Source: Podarcis erhardii
Taxonomy: Eukaryota
DNA: 64,000 bases
Strand: one strand, 5' to 3'
Assembly (NCBI GenBank): GCA_964252035.1
Contig: OZ176207.1
In this document: in pieces, positions 40,114 through 53,477 of the stretch
How the letters are laid out: each line of letters starts with the position of its first letter
How positions within the stretch are numbered: the first letter of the stretch is position 1
Program-made: the position numbers and the translations under genes
Notes under the pieces: model-generated
Database searches by the model: none
Seen by the model: only the letters and a program-made list of their open reading frames with translations
What the model was told of the DNA's origin: nothing

Positions 40114-41194
40114 CATCTGAGACCCTTTTTCATGTGCCTCCTCCACGAGAGGTTCAGAAGGTGGCAACACGAGAATGGGCCTTTTTTGCAGTGACTCTCC
40201 ACTTGCAAAATGCTTTCCCAGGGTACCAGGTGCCTTTGCTACTTATCTTTAGGCACAAGGCAAAACAGTCCTCTTCTCCCATACCTTTGGCTAATTAAAC
40301 AATCAATGGACTTTTTAACTGCGGGGGGGCTTGGGGTTTTTTGTTTCAAAAATGGTATACATTTTTGTGTTTTTATTTTGTAAACTGCCCTGTGATCCTT
40401 GGATGAATGGTGGTATAGGATGATGATGGTTATTGTTATTACTACTACTACTGCTATCACTACTATGTTGATCCATCCCCTGGATGAAAGATCTCTTTTC
40501 CAGGATGGGGCTTCAGGTCAGTTATTTAGCACTGCAACTTACTCCCTGCCCTCTAAGAGCCAGTTCACACAACCACATTTGAGATGGTTCTTCTGAAGCA
40601 AGTTCCCATGTAGAGACATTTTCACAAGTCCATATAATCATGTGAACATTTGTGGGGGAAACACACCATGGCCACTCTCCACCTCCATTAGAAATAGTAG
40701 AGTTGACACACAATAGCAGAGAAGACATGGGGAATATAGAGTGATAGATAATTGATTATGCATCCTTTGAAGGAACAGAAAGCGTGTACACTATAATACA
40801 TTATAGGAATTTTAAGATAATATATCTTTGAGAAAGAATTATATAAATACAAGTATACTATATAGTAGTAATTGACTTACTGCCTGCATGTGGGTCTTTA
40901 GGCAGCCCAAATGACAGTACAATTTAATGTATAAGCAGCCTTGGGGGATCCTTAAAGTTTTCAGAAGTACAAGAAATCTTTATGGTGGAGGAGACTCAAA
41001 ACAACTTGATGGACATGGAATGATGGAAAAATTGAAAGCTGGGGAAATGGAATAGAGTTTCCTAGTAAAGGGCATAGCTGGCTCAAATCCTGAATAGCAG
41101 CTATCCACACTGCTACATTTTGTTAGCTGTGGAACTGAAAAGCTTTTTTAAAACACAAAAATGAATAACTGGCATTCTTTTCTGATCCCTCTAG

Positions 41195-41284
41195 GAAGGT
41201 CTAGAATCAGGAGACCCAGGCACTGACGATGGGCGCTTTTATTTCCATTTGGGTGATGCCATGCAGAGAGTTGGAAACAAAGAG
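41195..41284 (+). CDS. ASPH: ASPH exon EGLESGDPGTDDGRFYFHLGDAMQRVGNKE
   Basis: ctctag/gtagag, 90 nt. Confidence 0.95.
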
Positions 41285-42693
41285 GTAGAGTTTAATGGAG
41301 GTTCAATGAATTTCATCTGAAAAGGCAAATAAGAACTGAGTTGACTTTGGCCCTAATGTGTCCAGAGTGTGAGATTGGTCAGGAACCTGAAGCAGGAAGC
41401 ACAGCAAAGAGCCAAACTCTAAATGTCATCAGAGGCTATGATGAAATTGCAGGTTGTTAAGCAGACAGAAGGGTTCAAGGGAAGACTTGGAAATAAATAG
41501 GGCTGTGGTCTTAGTCAAACCAATTAGAAGAAGCTGACTCTACCTAGGGAGCAAGATCTGGGTATATATCCAATTCAGTTTTTGCATTAATTCACACAGC
41601 CAAAATTCCTAAAGCTTTTTACGTGGACCATAACAAAAGGCTGAATGGTCGGAGGCACACTGCATAAAGAAGTGGGAAATTCCCAGTGCAGTGGTGTCTG
41701 AGATGGCATTGCAGTGGGTGAAATCCAATATAAGCTATGTTTATTTATGAATACACTTAGCTGGATCACACCAAACTGCTTCCTAGTTACTGATGTTTAA
41801 GTAGGATTCCCCCACCTCATTTCTTCTGTAAGGAAGTGCATAGAAATGGCTACAGAGAAGAAGCTTAGTTAATTGCCTTTTTAAAAAAAAAAAAAAATCT
41901 AGCAGCATTGCTGCAAAGACAGCTTAAAACCTATTTCTCTGTACCTCTGTGTCTTTAGAGTCCAGTATATTGAGTTCCTTTCCTTGTGATGTAGTTGAGC
42001 GGCTTACTGGTTATAGGATTGTGGATTGACATTAGGGACAAAATTTTAAAGAAAACTTTCAGCATATACTTTTTGATTAATTTCTGCACTTCTGGTTATT
42101 TACTGAAGTAAGGATGAGGAATCAGATTCAGCTGCAAGGCCAGACCCTGGCATCCCGCAACTCTCGTGGGCCACTGTGGGTGTGGTTTTGCAAAATGGCC
42201 TCACCACTTAACTGCCAATACTGGTAGCTTCCCTGCAGATATTATCCATGGAAGGCAGATAGATTTATTTATTTTTAAACAGGAGGTGACAAGAGAACAC
42301 TGTATGCTGGTAGAGAAGCTGTCTTTGTTTTTTGTGTTTTATTACAAGATGGGCAGAACTGGAGCAGCATCCTAGTAGGAATTTCTATAGGCACATCCAT
42401 ATTCCACGTGGATGGTGGGTATGCTTGAGTGCCCCTGAATTCTTTGGTGCTGCAGGTTTTCGTGGAAAAGATCTTAAATTGCTTGTATCCATCTCTGTTC
42501 TCTTTTCCCAAATCACTGCATCTTAGCTGGTTGTTTGTGATGATGCTATAGGGGAACAATCACTAAGCAGGCTGATAGCATCATTAGCATGCACAGAGGA
42601 ATTTGCTAGCATATGATATTTGTTATTGATTTATCCTTTTCTGCTGAAGTGTAACTAATGTAAATGAGCTGTTAACAAATTAAAATCTTCTAG

Positions 42694-42831
42694 GCATACA
42701 AGTGGTATGAACTTGGGCACCAGCGGGGTCACTTTGCATCTGTCTGGCAGCGCTCTCTCTACAATGTCAAGGGTTTAAAGGCTCAGCCATGGTGGACAGC
42801 AAAGGAAACAGGTTATACAGAGCTGGTCAAG
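42694..42831 (+). CDS. ASPH: ASPH exon AYKWYELGHQRGHFASVWQRSLYNVKGLKAQPWWTAKETGYTELVK
   Basis: ttctag/gtgagc, 138 nt. Confidence 0.95.
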
Positions 42832-45800
42832 GTGAGCAGTATGCCTTCTTTTACTTTATAGATTGTTATCAGCAGAAATTTCTGCATATTGCATGATGCC
42901 AAAAAGAAAACTGAAATTATTTGCAAGCACAATGCATACATAGAAAAATGCAAGAGGGAAAATATAGGAGATAAAAATACAAAATAATAATAATCAGGAT
43001 AAAAATCTACATTTCATTAATTCTCCTATATAGATTTTTGTCTGAAGTAGATTCCACAGCTGCAGTTCTCTGAATACATACCTGGAATTAAATCTCATTA
43101 AACACAGTGGAGCTTACTTCTCAGTAAGCATGCATAAGATCAGATTTCAGCAGATAGAACAATATGCTGCTTTGCTCCTTGTGACTGACATCTAAGCTTG
43201 GTTCCAGACTTGAGTCATACTTAGAGTAGACCAACTGGAATCAGCAGGACCTAAGTAAGTCATGTGACTAACTTGATTTCAGTGGGAGCCATAGTCCATT
43301 GTGTGACATTCCTTCTTCTGCTAAGGGAATGAGTTGTGGAAGTGAGTGAACACAAAAAAATGTACATGCTGGACCACTTGAGTTTTTATGGCCATAGTAA
43401 GTCTGTAATTTACACTAATTACTGGGAGGCAAGCCTTAAATTGCTGAATGTTGTAATTAGTGGATAACACGCCGGTTTGTTTTCCCTTGTGCTCTCATAA
43501 CTCTTAGAGGCTTCACTGGGACATTTAATTGCAGAAGTTAGACAACATCAGGCCAACTGAATAAATACAAAACTCAGACAACAGAGAAGAAACTCATCAC
43601 TGTTTGTAGCCCTTGAGATAGACAGCTAAATTATTTATAATCACTATTCTCTGCTATTGTTAAAATACAATTTAGACTCTGTTATTAAATCATCAATTAT
43701 TGTTCTTTTTTCAAAACGTCAGTGAGATTTCCATTTCTAGAACAGATTATAGAGGAACTTTAGAGGCTGCCATCTATTTTACTTGTTTGCTTTTTTTCTT
43801 AATGTTCCATGCTAAGAAAAAGAAGACTTATACTCCCTCCCCCTTTTAACAGGATCACACACATTATTAATTTTTGTTGTCCCTGTAAAAGGCTAAAACA
43901 TCTGGTTTTTCTGAACATGCTTTAATGTTAGCATGGATAATGTTCCCTAACAAAGAATGTTCTCTAGCATGAATATCCTCATTCATTTTGACCATCACCA
44001 TGCTTTCTTGTAGGAAAGCCCTGTTGAAATCAATGGTCCGTAGGGTAAGTTTGCACACTCAAAGCTCAGGTGGGCTTTTTAAATCTGTATCCCATGATGG
44101 AATAGTCTGGCTGTTTTGGAGACTAAATGAACCTTGAATTATTTATTTTTCTTCCCCCCAAGAGAGCTAATGCTTGTGTTTGGCCATAAGGTGCTACATC
44201 TAATCGCACCTAGTGGCACAATGTAATCATGAATAGTTACAGGATGCCAGTCAGAAAAGGGGAAAGACACCCACATGTTCTCATTCAGACACAGATCATG
44301 AAACAGAACCCATGGGTGCCTGCTTTCAAGCTGTAGGTTCATAAGCATGCATATTCCAAGATGCTCATTATCAACCTTTTCTTTCCCAAGAAATATTTAT
44401 AAGACTAAGGCACCTGCCTTATTCAAGAAGTAGCAGACAGACCTGAAAAAAACAATGTTTCAGAGCAGCAGACATAATGCTATTTCTTTGGAAGTGATCC
44501 ATTTTTGTTCACTTGTACCCACATATATTTATAGGTACACACAGAGAGAATGAAATTCTTGCACTGTCTGGAAAAGATCTGAGCTACCTTAAAATACTTG
44601 ATGTTTTGAATCTTCACAGTTTTTTTATTTGCTAACAAATATATTCACAAAAGCCCCAAACTTCTAGAAGCAGAAATCCCCACAGAGGTAACAAAAACAT
44701 TGTCTTGGATCAAGGAAATTTTAAAGAACCATTTTCCACTCCCACCTGCTCCCTTTTGCTCCCATTGTGGGTATGTTAACTTTTTGTAGGCATACTTTTG
44801 AACGCTTGGGTCCATTACATACAAAACTTGCATAGACAAAGATGCAAAGCATTGCAGTACTTGGAAGATTTTTTTTTAAAAAAACATCAGTATATAATTT
44901 TCACAAAGACAGACCAACTACCATGTGAGGGCACTTTCTTCTTTTGTTGCTGATTTTGGTAACTTAGTTTGAGCCAGATGGGGTCTCATTGTCCAAATTC
45001 AGTCTCCCCAAGTCTTCATGTTTGTAATTTTCTATTAATTTGTATATGCACCCCCCAAAAAAAATCTTTCTGGAGAAAGTACCAAATAATGCCTTACATC
45101 TCTCACCTCAGATTTAATTTTAAATGAGGGAATTGGACATTATCTTCAGGTATCCTGATATTCTTTCCAATGTCACTTATTTCATGTTGTTCTATTTTTA
45201 GTAAAAAGAGCAAAAAGCTTTTCTCCATGTGGAATCACAGCCGTGTAATCAGTCTAGCTAATATTTGCTAACTATAAAAAAACAGAAACCTGAGTGAGAT
45301 GCATGAAGCATCATGATGAAGCAGTGCAGTGATATAGTACTCGAGGGGCTGTTCCTTGGGTAATACTGTCAACTGATGTTTATCTGTGCTGTTTTGTATG
45401 CATAACAGCCTATGCTTCTGCTGATGCACGTATATATTTTGCTCTAATTGGTGTTATGTTTTAGATGCCTGAAGTAGCTTGCACAGTTGGAAGTTTGCCT
45501 AAGGAATTAGAAATATAAGTTGCAAAGACATAGGAGAAGAACATTTGTAGTCCTCATGCTTCCATGTTAATCCTGTATAAAATTATTTCAATATTTGAAA
45601 AAAGGTAATTCTAGTAATGAGCTGTGTTTTTGCTGCAAGCGAAAAGTGCCATAACGTTCTCAGGAGAGTAGTAACAAGCTTAATAAAGACAGCTGTTTCA
45701 GTCATTTGTGCTTCTATTCCTTCTTACTTATTAAAACCGAGAAATCCGGACACGTTTTCTCTCTGCAGCCCATGCAATCCAAATTTGTGAACTTGTTTGC

Positions 45801-48800
45801 AGAAAAGGCACTCAAACCAAACCGACTTGGCAGCATTCAAGCTTGTGTACGGTGCAAAGAACTCGTCTTACTCATATTCAGTCTATTCAGTGTTGAGCCC
45901 GGTTTATAGACTAATGTTAAAAATGTATTTAAATGTGTGTCTGTCCTATTTGTATGTAAATCTGGCTATGGAGTGTAAGATTCAAAGCATTGAAGAGGCA
46001 TAACAGTGCTGACCCTTCCTTGAAGCTTCCACACTCACTTCCAATTGCTTTCTTCCCAGCTGGCCCAACTTCCAGTATCAAAGCCCACTTTGGAGCAAAG
46101 TGATTCGAAGGAGAGTAGCAGTGGTGGATTCATCACTCCATGATCATGTGCCTGTTTGGTCTTCTGAATCACATTCTCCATGCTAGCTTTCCATCTAAGT
46201 AGGGTGGGTCTGTGTTTGGAAACACAGTTTTGCTCACATCACCTGCTTTTTGTGCCTCCGTTTAACATCATGGAAATTAATATTGCTTAATTGGGGCTTA
46301 GGCACAGACTAGATGCCATGGTTTGCACATGATGGGCCCTTACGTGCTTGATTTGTGTTTATTAAATAGTAGTTGCAGAGGGACCAGGATTATTCCTTTC
46401 ATGGTCCTAAGCCAGATCACTCCTCCCAAGCTATTTAGTTAAAAAAAAAAAATGCAAGGGAGAAGCATGGGCATACCATGCTGTCTAGTTTGGCTTTTGA
46501 CTATGGTTACTGTTTAGCCAAGACTAAACCATTTCACCTGTGCTTCAGTTCAGGTATATCTGACAGTACTGGGGAGTGTGTTCTGAGAATAATCAACTTG
46601 AACCCACTTTGCCCCACATTCAAGGGATACATGTCCCAGGCCCAGTGTGCTGTGCATGCCTGCTCCACTTCTAACCAAGCCCCACTGATGTGCTGCTGTG
46701 AAGAGAAATGCTGCCTTTTACTTTGCCCAAAATGATATGTAAATAGCAAAGTTTTCAGCCACCCCTCACGGCAGCATTGGAGTGGGGAGAGCTGGAAATG
46801 CTGGTTTTGTTTGTGTGTGTGTGTGTATTTGTAATATATTTGTATACACACATACCTACGCCACACCCACCACTATCATGCAACTCTCAGAAAGGTAGCT
46901 GACCATCATTGAGGCGCTCAGGCTGAAAAAGTTCAGCCACCCTTTGTCTGCACAGACTGGCAGCAGCTGCCCAAATTTCTCTGTGAGTGCTGTCTGGAGA
47001 TGGTTCCTGAGAGCTTTTGCAAGTGAAGTATGTGCATTTTGCTTTCAGGTGTTCAGGCTAAATACTTGAAGATGGCTAGCTATTTCATTTATTTTACTTA
47101 AATTCCTTAGAAGTTCAAAGTGCCAACAATTCAAAAAAACAGTAATATAAAACAATCACACCTAATAATGAAATATTAGCATGAGAAACTAGGACCACAA
47201 TAACAATTACAAGGCAGCCATCAGAATTAAAACATCATCATACCAAACATACCCCAAAGGAGGAAGTGTTCAGCCAAAGGCCACCCAAAACAGTTACACC
47301 AGAGGGAACCTGGCACAACTCTCTTGGCAAGACAGTCCAGGATTCATCCTTATGGAATTGCAGCACTGCACAGGCCATAAGAAAATCACCGTTCTTATCT
47401 GTGTTTCAGATAAGGAAAGCTTGCGTTTAACTTGAGTAAAGCTGTTCCCTGTGTTGGTGAATTGATATTCCCTTACCTGATCCTGTCAGCTTCTGTTCTG
47501 ACATCCTATAGTACATTATTATTGATTCAAGCAAATCAAGTGGTATACCTTTGTCAGTCCTCAGTATATTGTTTAGATTACATACAGATCATTAAAAGTA
47601 CTGTCAGTTTATTCTAGTGTCATCAGAAATATTGTTGGCAGCAAAAAGAAAGAAAGAAGGCAGGTAACTTTGTACATTTTCCTAATAATGCTGCTTTGAC
47701 ATTTAGGAAGGATCACAGCAGTGCCATTCTTAGATAATAACCAACTAACTGGAAATGATTGATTAAACAATGTCCTATATTGTCAGTTTGCAAAGCAATC
47801 TGGAATGTCTTTGACCTGTGTGATTGAGTTAGTTACCATGCAGATTTCTTTCTACACTTGAGGGAGGCTCAATAATGGTGCACATATTTCACACAAATGA
47901 GGATACCTGAGCTTTCCCCAAGCTTTTCAGGGAATGAATCTCAAGTGACTGAAGAACTAGTATCCATGGAGAACTAAAATTCATATCTGTTGACCACCAG
48001 AGTTGACCATTCTGCATAAGAGAGACCATGATTCAGTTCCCTTTTCTCCGACACCTTGTTACATTGGGCATTGCCAGGTGCTGGTATCAGTCATTAACCA
48101 CAATATATTTGCATTGCTCTTTGGAAATGAAAGCAGTGCCCAATTAATTGCATGGCACATAATCTGGCTTTGCAAGTGCCTCTGTGATGTTAAATAGCAA
48201 AAGAATTGCCTGGCAGACTGATGCACAAATTAAATCATTTAGGCAACAGAAGATAAAGATTCTGTTTTGCTGATGAAATTAAGTTGTAAATTAAGAGGAT
48301 TAACTCTGCTTAACATCAATAAGTACATAGAGAATCTGTGGAAAGCTTTGTTTGGGAAAATGTGATGATGGCAAGTTCTATTGGTTGCTTGAGTTAAGTT
48401 TGTGGACTAAAAACAATGCCTTTACCCTTTCTTTAGGGAATTCCTGTAATGCCATTAAACAGTATGTGGGCGAGATAGAGGTGGGAAGGCCTTGGGATCT
48501 CAACATTTGTTGAAGTCATATTGCTGTAGGAGTTACTCCTGCTTGATGCTTTAGCAGCAAATCAGAAATTTGAGGGAAGTGCCCTGGAAAAGAGGTGCTC
48601 CTCTAACTTTGCACCTTGGGCTATGGGAATGTTCTGCTCTCTCAACTTGTCTGGGGCTAACTTTTGCAACAGAGTGGAGTAGGGGAGGGAACACTGAGGA
48701 TTTCACATGTCATTACAGACTTAAAAGACATGTGTACATTGTGCTGCATTTATTTCTGGAATTCAAAGTATTGTTCTCAATGCTCTGTTAACTCTCTTGG

Positions 48801-49160
48801 TATTGAAAACTCTGGTGCGCTGTGGCTGTGAAGATCAATACTCTTGTTAGCGCATAGTATTAAATGATCTGCTGAACACCCCCCTCGGCTAATCAAAAGC
48901 AAATTAAAGTGGAGGACACTTTGGTAGGTGGCTGGGGATTATTGAAATTTTTATGATGCGAAGGTAATTGAAACTAAGAAACTACATGAATTGTTTTGTT
49001 TTAAACCCTTAACTGAATGGAAAATGGAAAATGGAAAGCTTGTTAACGATGCTAAATGCTTTCTTACTGCTGCTGTGTATTTTTAAGGTAAAAATAAATA
49101 AATCAGAATGCTCTTTAAATACTAAATTAATGTATTATTTGGTATTTTTTGCCTTTTCAG

Positions 49161-49296
49161 TCCTTAGAGAGAAACTGGAAGGTGATTCGAGATGAAGGAC
49201 TTGCTGTGATGGATAAAGGAAAAGGGCTCTTTCTGCCTGAAGATGAGAACTTGCGGGAGAAAGGTGACTGGAGCCAGTTTACTCTCTGGCAGCAAG
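49161..49296 (+). CDS. ASPH: ASPH oxygenase-domain exon SLERNWKVIRDEGLAVMDKGKGLFLPEDENLREKGDWSQFTLWQQ(G)
   Basis: ttttcag/gtttgt, 136 nt. Confidence 0.95.
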
Positions 49297-49814
49297 GTTT
49301 GTGAGCGCTAATTTTCCCCTCTCTCCGGTCACTCAGGTTCCATGCTGCAATTTTAATAAAAGCTGTCATTTTAATGGAAATGGGTTTGTTCCTGTGAAGT
49401 CAGACTGCAATAAAATGAAAATGCATGGCTGTTCTACAGCAAGTGCTGGATCTAATCTATTTGGGCAAGGTGGCCTCAGTGGGCCCACATCCTCCTTGAC
49501 ACTATCACCACTTTTTGTTCACTTGTCCTTTCTCTCTGTGACCAGTACATTCAGCCTCACAAAGGGAGGGGATGAGGCAAGTGGAAGCTGCTTACCCTTC
49601 TCATTCCTGCCATTGCCCACTTTTGTACGAGGACTGGGGGAAAGTAACTGACAGCAAAAAAGAGGAACAGCAAGTCCAGGAGGCACCCGAGACTTCCTGA
49701 TACGAGGATCATGCTTGTCCACATGGCAGTAAAAAGTTAGAAATTGTCCTATGCATGTGACTGTTGTGACATTTTTATAGAGACATAATCTTCCTTTCCA
49801 GCAGAGTGATGTAC

Positions 49815-50317
49815 TGTCAGACTCGAGGGATTCTCTCCTCCCCCGGTAGCATCAAGGATCAAAGAAGAAACAAGAAAATTCATATTTGTGGTTTTATTCA
49901 GTAATCATGGAGCAAGGAAAACAATCCAGTCCTTAACTCCATGGTGATGTTGCTCACTCTGAGCCCATCCCCTTTCTCCAGCAACAGCCCGTGGCTCTAT
50001 GGGAGGCTTCAGGAGTCAAATGTCGTTGAGCCCTTCGCTCTTGAATTCTAAGTGAGCGACGAGTACTCGGTGGTGGTGGAGCTTCTGTTCTCTCCAAGGA
50101 AGTCTCTGCTGGCATTTCTCCAACTCCCCCTCCTTCTCCTAAGATCTCATAATTTGGCAGCTCTGCGTTCTGCTGTAATGCAATCCTATCTCCCTCTTCT
50201 CTTGAAACTACTGGAGAAGGAGGGGTGACTCCCCCCCACTACCCCTCCTCCTCCAAGGGAAGCAGAGGAGAAGGAGGAGGCGATTCCCAAACCTCTTCTT
50301 CAGTCCAATCCCTGACA
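49815..50317 (-). mobile_element. Solo LTR (503 bp) of a third Gypsy-like family
   Basis: tgtcag...ctgaca termini. TSD TGTAC at 49810-49814 and 50318-50322. AATAAA on the - strand at 49893-49898. Confidence 0.88.
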
Positions 50318-50890
50318 TGTACATAAGATCATTAGAAGATCGGGCCCAAGGCCCATCCAGTCCAACAACCTGCTGTTTGCACAGTGGCCAAACAGCCACC
50401 TGTGGGAGGCCTGCAAGCAAGACATGAGTGCAACAGAACTCTGCCCACCAGTCTTCCTGGTGTTGACACACACACACACACACACACACACACTCATGTA
50501 ACTGAATCAGTTGCAACCTTTGTATACCAAGCTATTTAGATTTATAAGAAACTTGTACAGAATTTACAGAGATACTATGTTTTTGTCCTACTATGTTTTT
50601 TGTTCAAATTGTTAACAATGAAAAAATGTACTGTGGATGGGCTTTCTCATAATTTGGAAGGCTTTTCCCATCAATCCCTCTTTGCGTGGAATCAATATTT
50701 GTTTTTGGAATTAGAAGGTCTGTGGACTTGTAATAGACTTAAATAAACTTATGAATTTTACAGAGAGAGAATTTTCAAGTGTTTGAATAACTTTGAAGGT
50801 TAACGAAGGAGAATTTAAATGTTGATTAATCTTTTGTTTTAAGAATTCAGATTCCTGGTGCTTAAGTTGTGGTTTCCCCCCTCCTTCTAG

Positions 50891-50982
50891 GAAGAAAAAA
50901 TGAAAATGCATGCAAGAGTGTTCCCAAAACATGTGCCTTATTGGAACGATTTCCAGAGGCCACTGGATGCAGAAGAGGACAG
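50891..50982 (+). CDS. ASPH: ASPH exon (G)RKNENACKSVPKTCALLERFPEATGCRRGQ
   Basis: ttctag/gtacta, 92 nt. Confidence 0.95.
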
Positions 50983-51895
50983 GTACTAACTGACATAGAG
51001 GGGAAGAGAGAAGTGGAGTGGGGAGAGAGATGTTATAGGGATTGTTGAGTGTTTAATGTGCATAACAGGCCATTGTGCATATTCTCCAGGCCTCATTGAG
51101 AATGTGCACATTATATTTCAGTAAAGAGGGGATTGTGCACATTTCCTGGTTATTATGCATCTTGGGAAATGTGCATATTGTGGCTTAATTTTTAACATTC
51201 TCTTGCCATTATGCATAATTCCCAACAGGCCTTTGGGAATGTACATATATTGACTGCATTTTGTACGTTCCCAGGACAATATGCACATTATCTGATCTGT
51301 ATGCATAGTCTCAAGGAAACCTGCCTTTTTTTCTATTTCTTGTTCAGAAGTGTGCAATCTACACTCCCCAGGTTGCTTCTGGCCCACTGCATGGCATCTA
51401 CCTGGGTCACAACACTACTGATCACCTAAGTCCCCCCCCCCATGTAGTTCTCCTTTCACCACTCTCAGCTGTTTCCCAGTCAGCTGAGCAGCACAAGGGG
51501 GGTCATATAGAGATGCAAGTTTTAAACTTTCCTTCCCACTCCTACAATTCTGATAGAAATACAATCCCCGCCCCTCGCCCCTTATTAAGTGTGCTCCTAC
51601 ACACGGCAACAAACCATTTTTGGTGTGACCTGAGGGTGGGATTGTATTGGAGCTCTAAAGTAACTCTAGGAGATTCAGCTCTAATTAAAGCTCCTATCAT
51701 GTGCTTTGGAGAAGTTAAAGAACCTTTATATCAAGGTTCCTGGACATAGTTATGAACAGGCTTGCTAACACAAGATGACATAGCAGTGCTGGCTTGTCAG
51801 CCTGGATTGGTTTGAACACAGTCCTATACTCTCTGCAAGTTAATGAACTGTTGTTGTTTTTTTAAAAAAACCACAAACTATGCCTCTCTCTGCAG

Positions 51896-52029
51896 ATCAA
51901 ATATTCTGTCATGCACCCAGGGACTCATGTCTGGCCTCACACAGGGCCTACAAATTGTAGGCTGAGGATGCATCTAGGCTTGGTGATTCCAAAAGAAGGG
52001 TGCCAGATTCGGTGTGCTGAAGAAACAAG
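51896..52029 (+). CDS. ASPH: ASPH catalytic exon IKYSVMHPGTHVWPHTGPTNCRLRMHLGLVIPKEGCQIRCAEET(R)
   Basis: tgcag/gtatcg, 134 nt. Contains HVWPHTGP with the first Fe-binding His. Confidence 0.97.
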
Positions 52030-52272
52030 GTATCGCCCTCCTCCCCTATCCTCCGGTCTGGGGTTTATGGTGGGCAAGTTCATGTACTATAAGAGTGGGG
52101 ACAGGAGCCAAAGGGGAAGAGCTCCCCAGCAAACAGAGTCAGTACTCTGTTTAGGGAAGCTTTTAATGTTTAATAGATTATTGTATTTTAATATTCTGTT
52201 GGAAGCCTCCGAGAGTGCCTGGGGAAACCCAGCCAGATGAACCTTAACAATGGCTTCCCTCCTCAGCTCTTG

Positions 52273-52790
52273 GAAATGCTGATCCAGTTGTGTGTATGAT
52301 TCTGAACTGCTGACCCGGTGTATGGAAATTGTGAAAAAGGCAAATTCCATCCTAGGGCAAAACAAAATAAAAAAATTCCTTCCAGTAGCACCTTAAAGAC
52401 CAACTAAGTTAGTTCTAGGTATGAGCTTTCGTGTGCATGCACACTTCTTCAGATACACTTCTTTCGTGTGCATGCACACTTCTTCAGATACACTTCAGAT
52501 GTGTATCTGAAGAAGTGTGCATGCACATGAAAGCTCATACCTAGAACTAACTTAGTTGGTCTTTAAGGTGCTACTGGAAGGAATTTTTTTATTTTGTTTT
52601 GACTATGGCAGACCAACACGGCTACCCATCTGTAACTGGATCCATCCTAGGGATTATTAGAAAAGGACTTGAAAACAAAGCTGCCAACATCATAATGCCA
52701 TCACACAAATCTATGGTGCAACCACTTTTGGAATACAGTGTACAGTTCTGATCACCTCACCTCAAAAATTGTATGCTAGAGCTGGAACTG
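52273..52790 (+). mobile_element. CR1 LINE RT C-terminal fragment, interrupted by the Penelope insert
   Basis: aaaaaggcaaattccatcctagggattattagaaaagg…ttggaatacagtgtacagttctgatcacctcacctcaaaaa (K-A-N-x-I-L-G-I-I and LEYxVQF motifs of CR1 ORF2). Confidence 0.7.
52358..52640. mobile_element. Penelope-like element pLTR remnant with inverted duplication and minimal hammerhead motifs
   Basis: 101-bp inverted arms at 52358-52458 and 52501-52601, one mismatch. CTGAAGA-stem-GAAA cores. PLE-type tail cagaccaacacggctacc. 12-bp TSD tccatcctaggg at 52346-52357 and 52641-52652. Confidence 0.8.
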
Positions 52791-53477
52791 TTACTATTGT
52801 AGAAACCCAGTTAGTGGTTTTCGTGGGGTGGGATGGGAAGGGAATCACAAGTGCCAATCATCTTCCTAACATGTAAAAAAATAATAATACATTTTCTGGG
52901 GAATAGGCTTTACTATTTTGAAGGCAGGATTTTTTTCCAGCAATTAATAATGTGATTGCAGCTACTTCCACCAGAAATTTTGGACACTTGCCAGCATATA
53001 CCTAATTTAAATACTGCACCACACATGTCAGTTTGTGGCAGCCGTTAGCTCCTATTGACTAGTCATTGACAATAATATTTGTTTCCAGGAGTTTGAGCTG
53101 AGTTAGGTGCAAAGGGATGTTGCTCAGAAATTTGATAATGAGAAATTTAATGAATGTTTAGTTTCTCCTAGTAATTGTTTGTCATTTCCATTCCAAGTTT
53201 TTACTTCTTACAAAAAAGAAAGCCATTACACAATCATAATATATTACTGCAGAAAAGCCCTCCAAAAACCTTACCCAGCCCTTTTACAGGGATAAACATG
53301 ATCTAGATCAGATGCCGCAATTCAAAATGCAATATGAAATATGACAATACAAATAATTTAAACTTAATAAGCTGTCAAAGGAGAGTTCCATATAATACAG
53401 GAGTGTCTAGTGGTAAGAGATGTGCATTAGTTGATGCAACCAACATAGCCCAGTGTTGACATAATCCTAATTGTACG

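Larger units (their letters stand above)
39870..40295 (+). mobile_element. Old L2-like 3' fragment interrupted by the U2/LINE chimera
   Basis: Sequence reads continuously (…gatcaccatctgagaccctttttcatgtgcctcctccacgagagg…gaatgggcctttt…) once the insert is removed. Confidence 0.6.
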
